Below, in pieces: positions 9,352-19,100 of a DNA stretch of 64,000 bases. Position 1 is the stretch's first letter. Each line of letters opens with the position of its first letter. The notes beneath the pieces are model-generated. The model was not told the origin of the DNA, ran no database searches, and saw only the letters and a program-made list of their open reading frames with translations. The position numbers and the translations under genes were made by a program. Where the stretch lies: NCBI GenBank assembly GCA_937872895.1, contig CALMUP010000008.1, positions 225,613 through 289,612 on the forward strand, given 5' to 3'. Source of the DNA: an uncultured Verrucomicrobiota bacterium. Lineage in GTDB: Bacteria > Verrucomicrobiota > Kiritimatiellia > CAIVKH01.

Positions 9352-10533
9352 ATGGTGTTTCGATTGCTTCCCCTTTTGCTGGTGGTGGGTTCCGTGCAGG
9401 CCGAGTCGTGGGAGCGGGTGGCGGAGGGGAACCGGGCGTTCGCGGTGTCGCTGTACCGGGAGGTGGCGGGCGAGCCGGGCAATGTGTTCTTTTCCCCCTT
9501 CAGCATCTCGACGGCACTGGCCATGACCTATGTCGGAGCCCGGGGCGAAACGGCCGCGCAGATGCAATCAACGCTGCACTTTCCCGAATCACCCGAGTAT
9601 TTGCCGGAGGTCTGGGGCATGTGGCAGTCGCGGGTGGATCAGGTGGGTCGTGAGGGCAAGGTGACGCTTTCGGTGGCGAACTCGCTGTGGCCGGACGAGC
9701 GCTATCCCTTTCTTGATACCTACATGGCGACGGTTCGGGAACGTTTCAGGTCGGAGGTGTTCCCGGTGAACTTCGCGGAGACGGAGGCGGCGCGCCAGCA
9801 GATCAATACCTGGGTCGAGGACGCGACGGAGCAGTTGATCAAGGACCTGATCCAACCGGGCGTGTTGAATGCGCTGACCCGCATGGTGCTGGTGAATGCC
9901 ATCTACTTCAAGGGAACGTGGCAAACCACCTTCGGCCCCGAAGTGACGCGGCCGCAACCGTTCCACCTCGCCGATGGCTCGGTGATCGAGGTGCCGACGA
10001 TGTACGGGAAGGTGCCGGCCCGGTATGCGGCGCTCGATGGGGTGCAGCTCCTGGACCTGCCGTACCGGGGCGACCAGGTGTCGATGCTGGTGGTCGTGCC
10101 GGATACGCAAGAGCGGATGGCGGACCTGGAACGTTCGCTGTCGGTCGCGGTCATGGATCAATGGCTGGGCGCGGTCGAACCGACCGAGGTGCGGGTGTTC
10201 CTGCCGAAATTCACGATGACCCAGCACCTCGCTTTGTCGAAGATCCTGCAGGCGCTGGGCATGGTCGTGCCGTTCGATGACAAGGCGGCGAATTTCGCCG
10301 GCATGGACGGCCATGAAAACTACCTGTACATCAGCGACGTGGTCCATCAGGCCTTCGTCGCGGTGGATGAGGCGGGCACCGAGGCGGCGGCGGCGACGGC
10401 GGTGATCATGCAGGCGCGTTCGATGCCGCGGCCGAGTCCGGAGTTCCGGGCCGACCGGCCGTTCCTGTTCTTCATCCACGAACGCGCCAGCGGTAGCATC
10501 CTGTTTGCCGGGCGGGTGATGGATCCGCGGTAG
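9352..10533 (+). CDS. Serpin (serine protease inhibitor) family protein, secreted
   Basis: Signal peptide followed by serpin-family blocks (FFSPFSISTALAMTYVGARGETAAQM; NAIYFKGTWQTTF) and a hinge/reactive-centre-like region (EAGTEAAAATAVIMQARSMP) with a C-terminal PFLFFI motif. Confidence 0.85.
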   Translation: MVFRLLPLLLVVGSVQAESWERVAEGNRAFAVSLYREVAGEPGNVFFSPFSISTALAMTYVGARGETAAQMQSTLHFPESPEYLPEVWGMWQSRVDQVGREGKVTLSVANSLWPDERYPFLDTYMATVRERFRSEVFPVNFAETEAARQQINTWVEDATEQLIKDLIQPGVLNALTRMVLVNAIYFKGTWQTTFGPEVTRPQPFHLADGSVIEVPTMYGKVPARYAALDGVQLLDLPYRGDQVSMLVVVPDTQERMADLERSLSVAVMDQWLGAVEPTEVRVFLPKFTMTQHLALSKILQALGMVVPFDDKAANFAGMDGHENYLYISDVVHQAFVAVDEAGTEAAAATAVIMQARSMPRPSPEFRADRPFLFFIHERASGSILFAGRVMDPR

Positions 10534-10539
10534 CGTCAG

Positions 10540-11480
10540 CGGAGTGAACGTTACGTGGAGGGGGAACCACGAATGGACACGAAAGAACACGAATATGGCA
10601 GGTGCGTTGGTGATGGGGCGTTGCTTTCTTTTGAGTAATGATTCAGGAGTTTAACCGCAGAGTTCGCAGAGGGCGCAGAGGGTGGATGTGATGGGGTTGA
10701 TGGAGGCTGGGGTTCTGGGGGGTGAATTTTTCGCTCTGCGTATTCTGCGCGATCTGCGGTTCATTCCTTCCGGCAGTTTAACCACGGATGGGGCAGGTGG
10801 GGTGGTGACGGGGCGTTGCTTTGCTTTGAGTATTGATTCAGAAGTTTAACCGCAGAGTTTGCAGAGGGCGCAGAGGGTGGCTGTGATGGGGTTGATGGAG
10901 GCTGGGGTTCTGGGGGGTGACTTTTTCGCTCTGCGGATTCTGCGCGATCTGCGGTTCATTCCTTCCGGCAGTTTAACCACGGATGGACACGGAGGCACGC
11001 GGATGGGAAAACGAGGATTGAACAGAAGATCGCGAAGGACACGAAGGTGGGATGAAGAGCCTTCCATCTGTAGTTCCGGCGATGTTCGCCGGAAATTGAA
11101 CATGCACGGACGAATGATATGGGAAATCGGAACCGCAGAGGGCGCAGAAACCGCAGATGGAAAAGGGGAACCGCGGATTACGCGGAGAGCGCGGATGGGA
11201 GAGAAGAAATTGAACCACCCGCTTCGCTAGAGGACACGGAGAGCACGGAGAAGAAGTATGGAAATGGGTGTAGTAGCCGCTCCGTGAGCGGCAGGGAAAC
11301 GGAACGGACCTTGAACCGCAGAGGACGCAGAGACCGCAGAGGAAAAACGAATGGGTAGGATCCGGCATCCTTGCCGGACCGCCGGATTGGGAAAGTCCAA
11401 CCGCGAATTACGCTGATGACGCGGATGGGGGAATGGTTGATGGCCAGGAACTGATTCCGCGGATGGAGCCGCAGTGCTTG
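10540..11480. repeat. Array of at least 10 degenerate 30-bp iteron-like motifs, (G)AACC followed by three RCNGA pentamers at 9-10-bp spacing and then (A)TGG, on both strands. It includes a 195-bp tandem duplication (unit 1 about 10616-10810, unit 2 about 10811-11005).
   Basis: Example instances are gaaccACGAAtggacACGAAagaacACGAAtatgg, aaccGCAGAgttcGCAGAgggcGCAGAgggtgg, gaaccGCGGAttacGCGGAgagcGCGGAtggg and gaaccGCAGAggacGCAGAgaccGCAGAggaaaaacgaatgg. The reverse-strand copy cgctctgcgtattctgcgcgatctgcggtt shows the motif is not confined to one strand. No consistent reading frame runs through the repeats. Confidence 0.6.
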
Positions 11481-11881
11481 CCCGCCAAAGGCGCGGCCCT
11501 AACCGCGCTGAGGCGGAAGCGCGCGCGGCGGGGAGGCGGGACGGAACAAGGCCGGACAACCCGGCCGAAGGAACCCAACCAGGCCCCGCCAGTACCCATT
11601 GTCGCGACCAGACCAACCCCATCCCCATTTCCATTTCCCATCTCCATTCTTCCTCTCCCTCCTCCCCGCCTTGACCCCGCCCTCCACCCGCTGGTATCGT
11701 CCGATCCAGCAAGGAGCGCAATCTGGGGGGGCATGATGAGAGCGTTAAGGAACGGAGAGATATTGGGCCGTTGCTCGACGTGTGCGGACGCAAACGAATG
11801 ATGTGTTTGCATCGATGATGGAGATGTATGGTTGCTAATGCTGAAATGATCCCCACAGCTCAATGAACAAACGATTAGCCT

Positions 11882-14278
11882 ATGATTATCTACGTCTCCA
11901 CCAAGTCCGGCTTTATTGATGACGTATCCAAGAACCGGATTGAGGATAAAATTCTCACCTTGTTCAAGCGGCAACTGAGGCAGTCTACAGGGGAAAGCGA
12001 GATTAACTCGTGGAAGAACTCGATGCAGTACATGCACAATGTTCTCGTCCACAGCAAGATTCCGGACGACGCCGGCGTCGCCATTGAATACAACATTCCT
12101 CAAACATCCAAACGGATCGACTTTATCTTGACCGGTCAGGATGGTAACCGCCGTGATACGGCGGTCATTGTGGAGCTCAAGCAGTGGCAGGAAGTCTGGC
12201 GCACAGAAAAGGATGGTATTGTCACCACCGTCCTGAATGGCCGGAAGGTAGACACAAACCATCCCTCGTTTCAGGCATGGTCGTATGCCGCCTTATTGGA
12301 GGACTTCAATGAAGCCGTGCGCACAGAGCGAATCCAGCTCTCTCCCTGCGCCTACCTGCACAACTGCAGTTCCCCCCACGAGATCAACCATCCCTTTTAT
12401 GCTGAGCATACCGGCAAGGCACCTTCGTTTCTCAAAGCGGATGTGGAAAAGCTAACGGAATTCATTGAAAATTTCGTGAAGCATGGTGACCGCGGCAAGC
12501 TGATCTATCGAATCGATCAGGGCAAAATCAAACCGTCGAAGAGCCTTGCCGATGCCCTGCTGAACATGATTCAGGGCAACAAAGAGTTTCTACTCATCGA
12601 TGACCAGAAACTGGTCTACGAAACCGCCCTTGCGCTAGCCGACAAAGCGGAGCGCCACGGTAAACAGGTGCTCCTCGTGGAAGGCGGACCTGGAACCGGA
12701 AAATCGGTAGTTGCGATTAATCTTCTGGTCGAAATCACCAAGAGGGAAAAGGTGGTCCACTATGTCACGAAAAACGCTGCACCACGACAAGTGTATCAGA
12801 GTAAACTTGCTGGTACCTTGAGCCGGACCAGAATCGAAAATATGTTCCAGGGTTCCGGAAAGTATGTTGATAAGGAGAAAAATTGTATCGATGTGCTGGT
12901 GGTTGATGAAGCCCACCGACTAAATGAAAAGTCAGGCATGTTTCAGAACCTCGGTGAAAATCAGATCAAGGAAATCATTCATGCCGCCAAGTTGAGCGTT
13001 TTTTTCATCGATGAGGATCAGCGCGTCACATGGAAAGACGCCGGGCGGAAAAGTGACATCCGCCAATGGGCGAAACGTGCGGGCGCAGCCATCACAGAGT
13101 TGGCCCTTCAGTCTCAGTTCCGTTGCAATGGTTCAAACGGATATCTGGCCTGGCTAGATCATACCCTTCAAATACGGGAGACGGCGAACAGGTCGCTCGA
13201 AGGTGTTGATTATGACTTTCGTGTTTTCGATGATCCGATCCAACTGCGGCAGGTCATCTTTGAGAAAAACCTCGAAAGCAACAAGGCGCGTATCGTGGCC
13301 GGTTATTGCTGGGACTGGATCAGCAGAGCAGACAAGCGAAAAACCGACATCAATTTCCCGGAGCATGGATTTAAGATGCGGTGGAATCTAACCGATGACG
13401 GCGGACTTTGGATTCTAAAGCCGGACTCTGTGAATGAGGTTGGTTGCATTCACACCTGCCAAGGACTTGAGCTCGACTACATCGGTGTGATTATTGGTCC
13501 TGACTTCCTGGTCCGTGATGGTCGTGTTGTTGTATCGCCTGCTAGCCGAGCCAAGACCGACCAGTCCCTGAAGGGTTACAAACAGATGGCCCGCGTAAAT
13601 CCGGATGCCGCGTTTGCCAAAGCGGCCGAGATCATCAAGAACACCTACCGAACCCTGATGACCAGAGGGCAAAAGGGTTGTTTTATCTTCTGCACCGATC
13701 CAGAAACCAATGCGTTCTTTAAGCAGATGGCATCGACGGCTATGAAGGGATGCCAGATGGCGGAACAGGTACCTTATGCCGGGATCCCATTGACAATCTT
13801 GGATGCCGCCGACGTTAGACCTTACGAGAACGCGGTCCCGGTCTATGACCTGCGTATCGCCGCAGGCATTTTCAGCGAAGAACAGCAGGCCCGTGATTGT
13901 GACTGGGTTGAATTGCCCGACCCGTTCACGGCAAAGCCCGGATACTTTGTCGCCCGGGTCGTTGGGCATTCCATGAATCGTCGAATCGCCAGCGGATCGT
14001 GGTGCCTGTTCCGCACGCCGTCTGCCGGAAGCCGAAATGGCAAGATCGTACTGGTGCAACACCGAAACATTCAGGATCAGGACCTCGGTCAATTCGCCAT
14101 CAAAACCTATTATAGCGAGAAATCCTTTGTCGGGGATGAATGGCGCCACGAGCGAATCATCCTCAAACCTGACACCACGGCATCCGGATACCACGACATA
14201 ATCCTTGAGAAGGATGAGGCCGTTGACCTTCGAATCCTTGGTGAATTTGTGGCATCTTTGGGTCAGAGGCCGGATTAA
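11882..14278 (+). CDS. Multidomain nuclease-helicase-peptidase fusion: N-terminal PD-(D/E)xK nuclease-like domain, DUF2075/Schlafen-type P-loop ATPase-helicase core, and C-terminal LexA-like S24 autopeptidase domain
   Basis: N-terminus KRIDFILTG...AVIVELKQW is a D...ExK-type motif. Walker A VLLVEGGPGTGKSVVA and Walker B/DEAH VLVVDEAHRL lie within a DUF2075-like core. The C-terminus aligns with LexA motif by motif: RIAAGIF against RVAAGEP (Ala-Gly site), ARVVGHSM against LRVSGMSM (Ser), NGKIVLVQ against NGQVVVAR, and FAIKTYYSEK against VTVKRLKKQG (Lys). GC is about 50% against about 65% in the flanks. Confidence 0.8.
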   Translation: MIIYVSTKSGFIDDVSKNRIEDKILTLFKRQLRQSTGESEINSWKNSMQYMHNVLVHSKIPDDAGVAIEYNIPQTSKRIDFILTGQDGNRRDTAVIVELKQWQEVWRTEKDGIVTTVLNGRKVDTNHPSFQAWSYAALLEDFNEAVRTERIQLSPCAYLHNCSSPHEINHPFYAEHTGKAPSFLKADVEKLTEFIENFVKHGDRGKLIYRIDQGKIKPSKSLADALLNMIQGNKEFLLIDDQKLVYETALALADKAERHGKQVLLVEGGPGTGKSVVAINLLVEITKREKVVHYVTKNAAPRQVYQSKLAGTLSRTRIENMFQGSGKYVDKEKNCIDVLVVDEAHRLNEKSGMFQNLGENQIKEIIHAAKLSVFFIDEDQRVTWKDAGRKSDIRQWAKRAGAAITELALQSQFRCNGSNGYLAWLDHTLQIRETANRSLEGVDYDFRVFDDPIQLRQVIFEKNLESNKARIVAGYCWDWISRADKRKTDINFPEHGFKMRWNLTDDGGLWILKPDSVNEVGCIHTCQGLELDYIGVIIGPDFLVRDGRVVVSPASRAKTDQSLKGYKQMARVNPDAAFAKAAEIIKNTYRTLMTRGQKGCFIFCTDPETNAFFKQMASTAMKGCQMAEQVPYAGIPLTILDAADVRPYENAVPVYDLRIAAGIFSEEQQARDCDWVELPDPFTAKPGYFVARVVGHSMNRRIASGSWCLFRTPSAGSRNGKIVLVQHRNIQDQDLGQFAIKTYYSEKSFVGDEWRHERIILKPDTTASGYHDIILEKDEAVDLRILGEFVASLGQRPD

Positions 14279-14357
14279 TCGGGATTCTGGGGAACTCCGA
14301 TGGGGGCATCCTCGTCAAAATGACGGCTGGGCGGGACTAGGGAAGAGGAGGACGGTG

Positions 14358-15671
14358 ATGCGGAAAATCCTGCTGGGTGTTTCGTCGTTGGCGGTGGTGG
14401 TGTTGGCCGTGTTGTTCCTGGTGTATCCGGCGTGGGTGGTGGGGTCCTTGGTGATTGATCCGCGGTTGCGGGCGACGGGGGAGAGCCGGTTTGTACCTGC
14501 CTGGTTTCTGGATGCTACGCCCCGGTTTACGGCATGGGCCGAGATGTACCTTTCCTCCCGTCACGCGGCATCGCTTCATCACCAGGATGTCGCCGGCACC
14601 GAATGGCCGATGTTCGGGGCGGTGTTCTACCTGGTAACCGCCGAGGAATTGCACCGACGAGGTGCGATTGATGCAACGCGAGGTCGCGTCCGGCAGGCGG
14701 TGGACCGTGCGGTGGAGATTGTGGCCTCGCCGGATACCGCCACCTGGGTGATCACCAAATGGGGTCCATCCTACCTGGAACGAGAGAATGTATTCTACCG
14801 CATGCTCCTGATCATGGGGTTTGCCGCCTACGACTCGATGACCGGGGATCAACGATATCAGGCAACGATGACGGAACAGCGGACCTCGCTGGCGCGTGAA
14901 CTGATGGCCGCACCGTTCCATGTGCTCGATGATTATCCGGGCGAATGTTATCCGAACAATGTCCTGTGGGCGGTGGCCGCGATCCAACGCGCATCCCGGC
15001 TGTCCGGTACCAACTCCGATGACCTGGTTGCCGCTATCATGACCGCCATGAATGGGCCGCTCAAGGCGCAGGAAGGAATGCCGGCGTTTCAGGTGGATGC
15101 GCGGTCCGGCGCGTTGCTCCAGGGTGCGCGGGGGTGCGGGAACTCGGGCATCCTGCCGTTCGCGGCCGAACTCGATGTGGACAAGGCGGTCAAATGGTAC
15201 CGTGCCTATGAGAAGGGATTCTGGAAGGATACCGGATGGGCGGTCGGATTCACCGAGGAACCGCACGGGACGGCACAGGACTTCATGGATGTTGATTCGG
15301 GTCCGGTGGTCTTCGGATTCGGGTCCGTCGCCTCCGCCTTCGGTATCGGCGCAGCAAAGTCGGTCGGTCGCTTTGACCATGCCGCCCCGCTCACCATGGA
15401 GGCGGTCGCGGCGGCCTGGCCGACACCGTTCGGGATGATCCTTCCCGGCGCAATGGGGTACTTGGCCGCGGATAGCTGGAGCCTCGGCGAGGTGGCACTG
15501 TTGTATACGATGACGCGCCCCGTGTTCACCGAGGAAACCGTGCCGTTTACCGGTAGGACGCCGCTCATGGTCTGGCTGTTGTTCATCGTCTATGCCGGAC
15601 TCGGCATCCTCGTCATCCGCGCACGCATCCGTTTTCTCATCGCGGCCTGCCGAAAAACGCCCGGAACCTGA
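14358..15671 (+). CDS. Hypothetical membrane-anchored protein: one N-terminal TM, a roughly 350-aa extracytoplasmic domain and two C-terminal TMs
   Basis: Start at the internal ATG (MRKILLGVSSLAVVVLAVLFLV), 80 bp after the fusion gene on the same strand. C-terminal hydrophobic helices (LMVWLLFIVYAGLGILVI). No domain recognised. Confidence 0.55.
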   Translation: MRKILLGVSSLAVVVLAVLFLVYPAWVVGSLVIDPRLRATGESRFVPAWFLDATPRFTAWAEMYLSSRHAASLHHQDVAGTEWPMFGAVFYLVTAEELHRRGAIDATRGRVRQAVDRAVEIVASPDTATWVITKWGPSYLERENVFYRMLLIMGFAAYDSMTGDQRYQATMTEQRTSLARELMAAPFHVLDDYPGECYPNNVLWAVAAIQRASRLSGTNSDDLVAAIMTAMNGPLKAQEGMPAFQVDARSGALLQGARGCGNSGILPFAAELDVDKAVKWYRAYEKGFWKDTGWAVGFTEEPHGTAQDFMDVDSGPVVFGFGSVASAFGIGAAKSVGRFDHAAPLTMEAVAAAWPTPFGMILPGAMGYLAADSWSLGEVALLYTMTRPVFTEETVPFTGRTPLMVWLLFIVYAGLGILVIRARIRFLIAACRKTPGT

Positions 15672-15777
15672 GTAGTGAGACGTGAGGGGGAATGGTTACC
15701 CGCCGAAGGCGGATCCGGCTTTGGCGGGATGGGTGATGGAGAATGGTTGATGGCTGATGGTTGATGGGGATGGGGGG

Positions 15778-15812
15778 GGCAACGCCCTGACGGGCGCACT
15801 ACGAACGGGGGG
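15778..15812. repeat. Upstream copy of a 38-bp direct repeat, GGGCAACGCCCTG(A/G)CGGGCGCACTACGAACGGGG, containing a short GCGCCC/GGGCGC palindrome
   Basis: Near-identical to 19778-19815. Together they bracket the 16103-19720 gene. Confidence 0.5.
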
Positions 15813-16102
15813 GCATCGATGACGTGTACGAGCAAACTTGCGACGAAGGGGCCGTGCGAAGCGTGGGCGATCGGTGATGGGAATGTAGGAGGGGTACAGC
15901 CGGTCGGGTGGTTTTCGTGTTTTGTTGGTTTCACCTGTAGCCGGGATCGCTGATCCCGGTTGGGGCGGATCGGTGCCGGGCAGGTCATTCCTGTTTTGGG
16001 GTGAGTCGACGGGGATATCTGTGAAGGGGGGTGTCGTCTTGACCTGTTGTCCCGGGGTCGGGTAGGGTTGCTCTGAGGTTTTTTTTAGCGAATCAAGGAG
16101 GG

Positions 16103-19100
16103 GTGATGTACGGGTGCGGTGTGATGAATCCTGGTGGTCAGTCTGTTGTGGGCTGGCGACGTGTTCCCCGGTCTGTTTGCATACTCCTGCTGGCCGTCGG
16201 GTTGACGATTCTGTCCGCTCCGGTTTCCTCCGCGCAACTAGCTCCGGGTTCCACCAATTATTTCGTGGCAGCCGGTGAGACCGGGGTGGATTATTTTCTG
16301 GTTGTTCCGAGCAACTACGTGGCGACGAATCCTCCTCCCTTGCTCATCTACTTCGATCCCGCCGGAAGTCCCGAATACGGCCTTCCTCGGCTGCAGCCCA
16401 GTTGCGGCAAGGCCGGCTGGATCCTGGTCTGTCCGCGTGTCCTCGCCAACGGCACGGTGCCGCGCGTCAAGCGGGTGGAGCGCGAGTTGATTGACGATAT
16501 CTGGCGGCGCATCCGGTATGACCGGGCACGCATGTACTTTGCCGGATTTTCCGGTGGAGCCTGGCGCGCCAACGAACTCTCTCGCCAGTATGCCAACGAG
16601 GTCGCTGGAACCCTGCTGTACGGAACCTGGATCGGGCTCTACGACGAATTCACCGTTTTTCCCAACCGGCTGGCGATTGCCCGGTCGAACGGCAACAGCG
16701 ACAGTTCGGCGATCAGCTCGGAACCGGTCGACAACACCTACTACACGCAGACGCTGGTGCGGGTGCGCAACTTCAGGTTCGCTGGCGGTCACCAGGTCGG
16801 CCCTGTCGGTACAACCGATGTGGCGATTGCCTGGTTAAACCAGGACTTCGCCTCCAACGGAATCCATTACGTCGCCGGTTCGTACGAGGTCGAAGCCTCG
16901 AACCGCATGGCGGCGGCCCAGCTGGCCTGGAGTGCGGAAAACTATACCGATGTCGCCACGAACGTGGTCAGTGTAATCAACGACTACCCGATCTCCACCT
17001 CGATCAGGACAGCCGAGCAGGTTATCGTTTCGGTGTTCAGCGATACCGCGCGACGCGCTGCGGTGGCGATAGATCCCTTGCCGACCAATGCCTGGGCGAT
17101 CTCGTGGACCTTGTTCCAGCGTTCTTTGAGTGTGTTGAGTGACTTCCCGCCGGAGGTTCCGATCAGTTATCTGGAGGCGTCCATCGTGTATGCGCCGACC
17201 AATTGGCTGGCCCTCCGGTACCTGGTCACGGAAATGAGTGACAGTCCCACGTTGTCATGGCAGGAGTTTCCGCGGCTTGAGGCGCTGGCCCAGGCTGCCT
17301 ACCAGGCGCGCCCCCAGTCGTGGCATAGCCTACATGCCCTGGCCCGTGTGTGTGCCCTGGCGGGGCATACGAGGAAGGCACGGAACTTGGCGCTGGCCTC
17401 GATGAATGCCATCACAAATGACTATAGCGGCTTTACCCTCAGCGCAGCCTCGGAGTTTTACCAGTCGCTCACCAACAGTGCATCCCAGTACCGTTCGCTG
17501 CCGCAGGCCGAGGACATGGAGTTGTTCATCCCGGATCGTTCCATCCACCACGAGCGCGGGTGGATCAATTCCTGGGGCCTGGCCAAGGCGCAGGACGGCG
17601 TGGTGCATGGGGGGTGCCAGGCGTTGGCGTTGGAGGGGGATCCCTGCGTGATCCGCTGGAACTTCCAGGAGCTCACCAACGTTACGGTTTGGACGGACTA
17701 TTACATCCGACCTTCCCTTGGTAACAGTACCATGGATCCGCCAGTGCTGCCGGACGCTGGAGCGTTGTACTATCTGGAGGAAACGGGACGGTTGCGGGTG
17801 TACGATGGGGGTTCCGGGGGCGGGTGGACGAACCTGAACCATGCTCCGTTATCGACCAGCGATTGGTCTCGAATCACCATCGCGGAAAACTATGGCGCGC
17901 AGACCTGGGCGGTTTCCATCAACGACACCGTGGTCCAGGCCAATCTTGGTTTCGCTAATAACACCAATGTGTTTACCGCCATTTATCTCCTCCATCAAGC
18001 CGCCACACCAACGTATGTCGATACGTTGTCGGTTTCGACGGTGGTTCCATCGCCGGATGCGGATCGGGATGGATTGCCCGATCCGTGGGAGGAGACCTAC
18101 GGGAACCTGTCGGCCAACGATGATCCGGATCTTGATTTCTACCTGAACCTCGAGGAGTACCGTAACCAGACCTCGCCGTTTGTCTCGAATGCACCTCCGG
18201 CATCGAAGTACCGGACCGTCAGGCTGGACCGGGTGTCGTCTTACGGGACCACCATGCCGTATTGGGATCTGGACCGGGTGAACGATCCATGCCGAAGGGG
18301 GGTGTGGCGGGGCGATGTGGTGCTGGCGGCCACCAACAAGGCAACCCTGACCCTGCGGCTATGGCAGACCAATAATTTCGTCTACTATCACGGGATAGCA
18401 AACACCAATGCGATGGCGCTTCCGGCGAACATGGCCCTGGTACAAAACGCCCAATTCAGCCTGGCTGGTCCATTGAATACCCGTTGCCGGGTCGAGTTCA
18501 ACGAGCAGGTCGGGTCGCTGGTCATCACCGATCTTGGTTTGAACGATGCCGATGGCGATGGGTTGGCTGATGAGTGGGAATTGCGTTACGCGGGTAGCAC
18601 GACCGGGGCCGATCCATGGTCGAACCAGGACAATGATGCCTATCCGCTGATCGCGGAATACTTCAACGGCTCATCACCCACCGCGTACGATCCTTATTCG
18701 CCGTACCATGTGGTCACAATGCCGGGCACCCACAACGGGTGGAGTACCACGATTGACCGCATGTCCTTGATCGGTGACCACCTGTGGCGCGGTGATTTAT
18801 ACATGTACAACGCAACCGAGCAGTTCAAATTCGCCGCGAACGCGAACTGGACGCTGAACTGGGGTGACAACAACCAGCCATCCAACCGACCCAACTTTCG
18901 CGATGTCGGCAATATCAACGGGAACAATATATTGGTTAATTCCACCTCCGGTTATGCCATCGTCTTGTTCAACGACAAGTCCCGTGCCTACTCCGTTACG
19001 GATTACCGACTGGATATGGATTCCGACGGGTTGCCCGATGCCTGGGAACTACTCTATCAAGCCCAACCGAACTGGTTCCGGGTGGGCGATAATCCGGATC

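Noticed and set aside
10540-11480. Possible CRISPR array
   Set aside because: The repeats are degenerate (the pentamer varies between copies), occur on both strands, and their spacing is irregular. There are no cas genes nearby.
15680-16100. G-rich tracts (GGTTGATGG repeats, G8 run) upstream of the large secreted-protein gene as G-quadruplex or phase-variation tracts
   Set aside because: The runs are short and heterogeneous. A simple sequence contingency locus would show a long homopolymer or perfect tandem repeat within a promoter or ORF, which is not seen.
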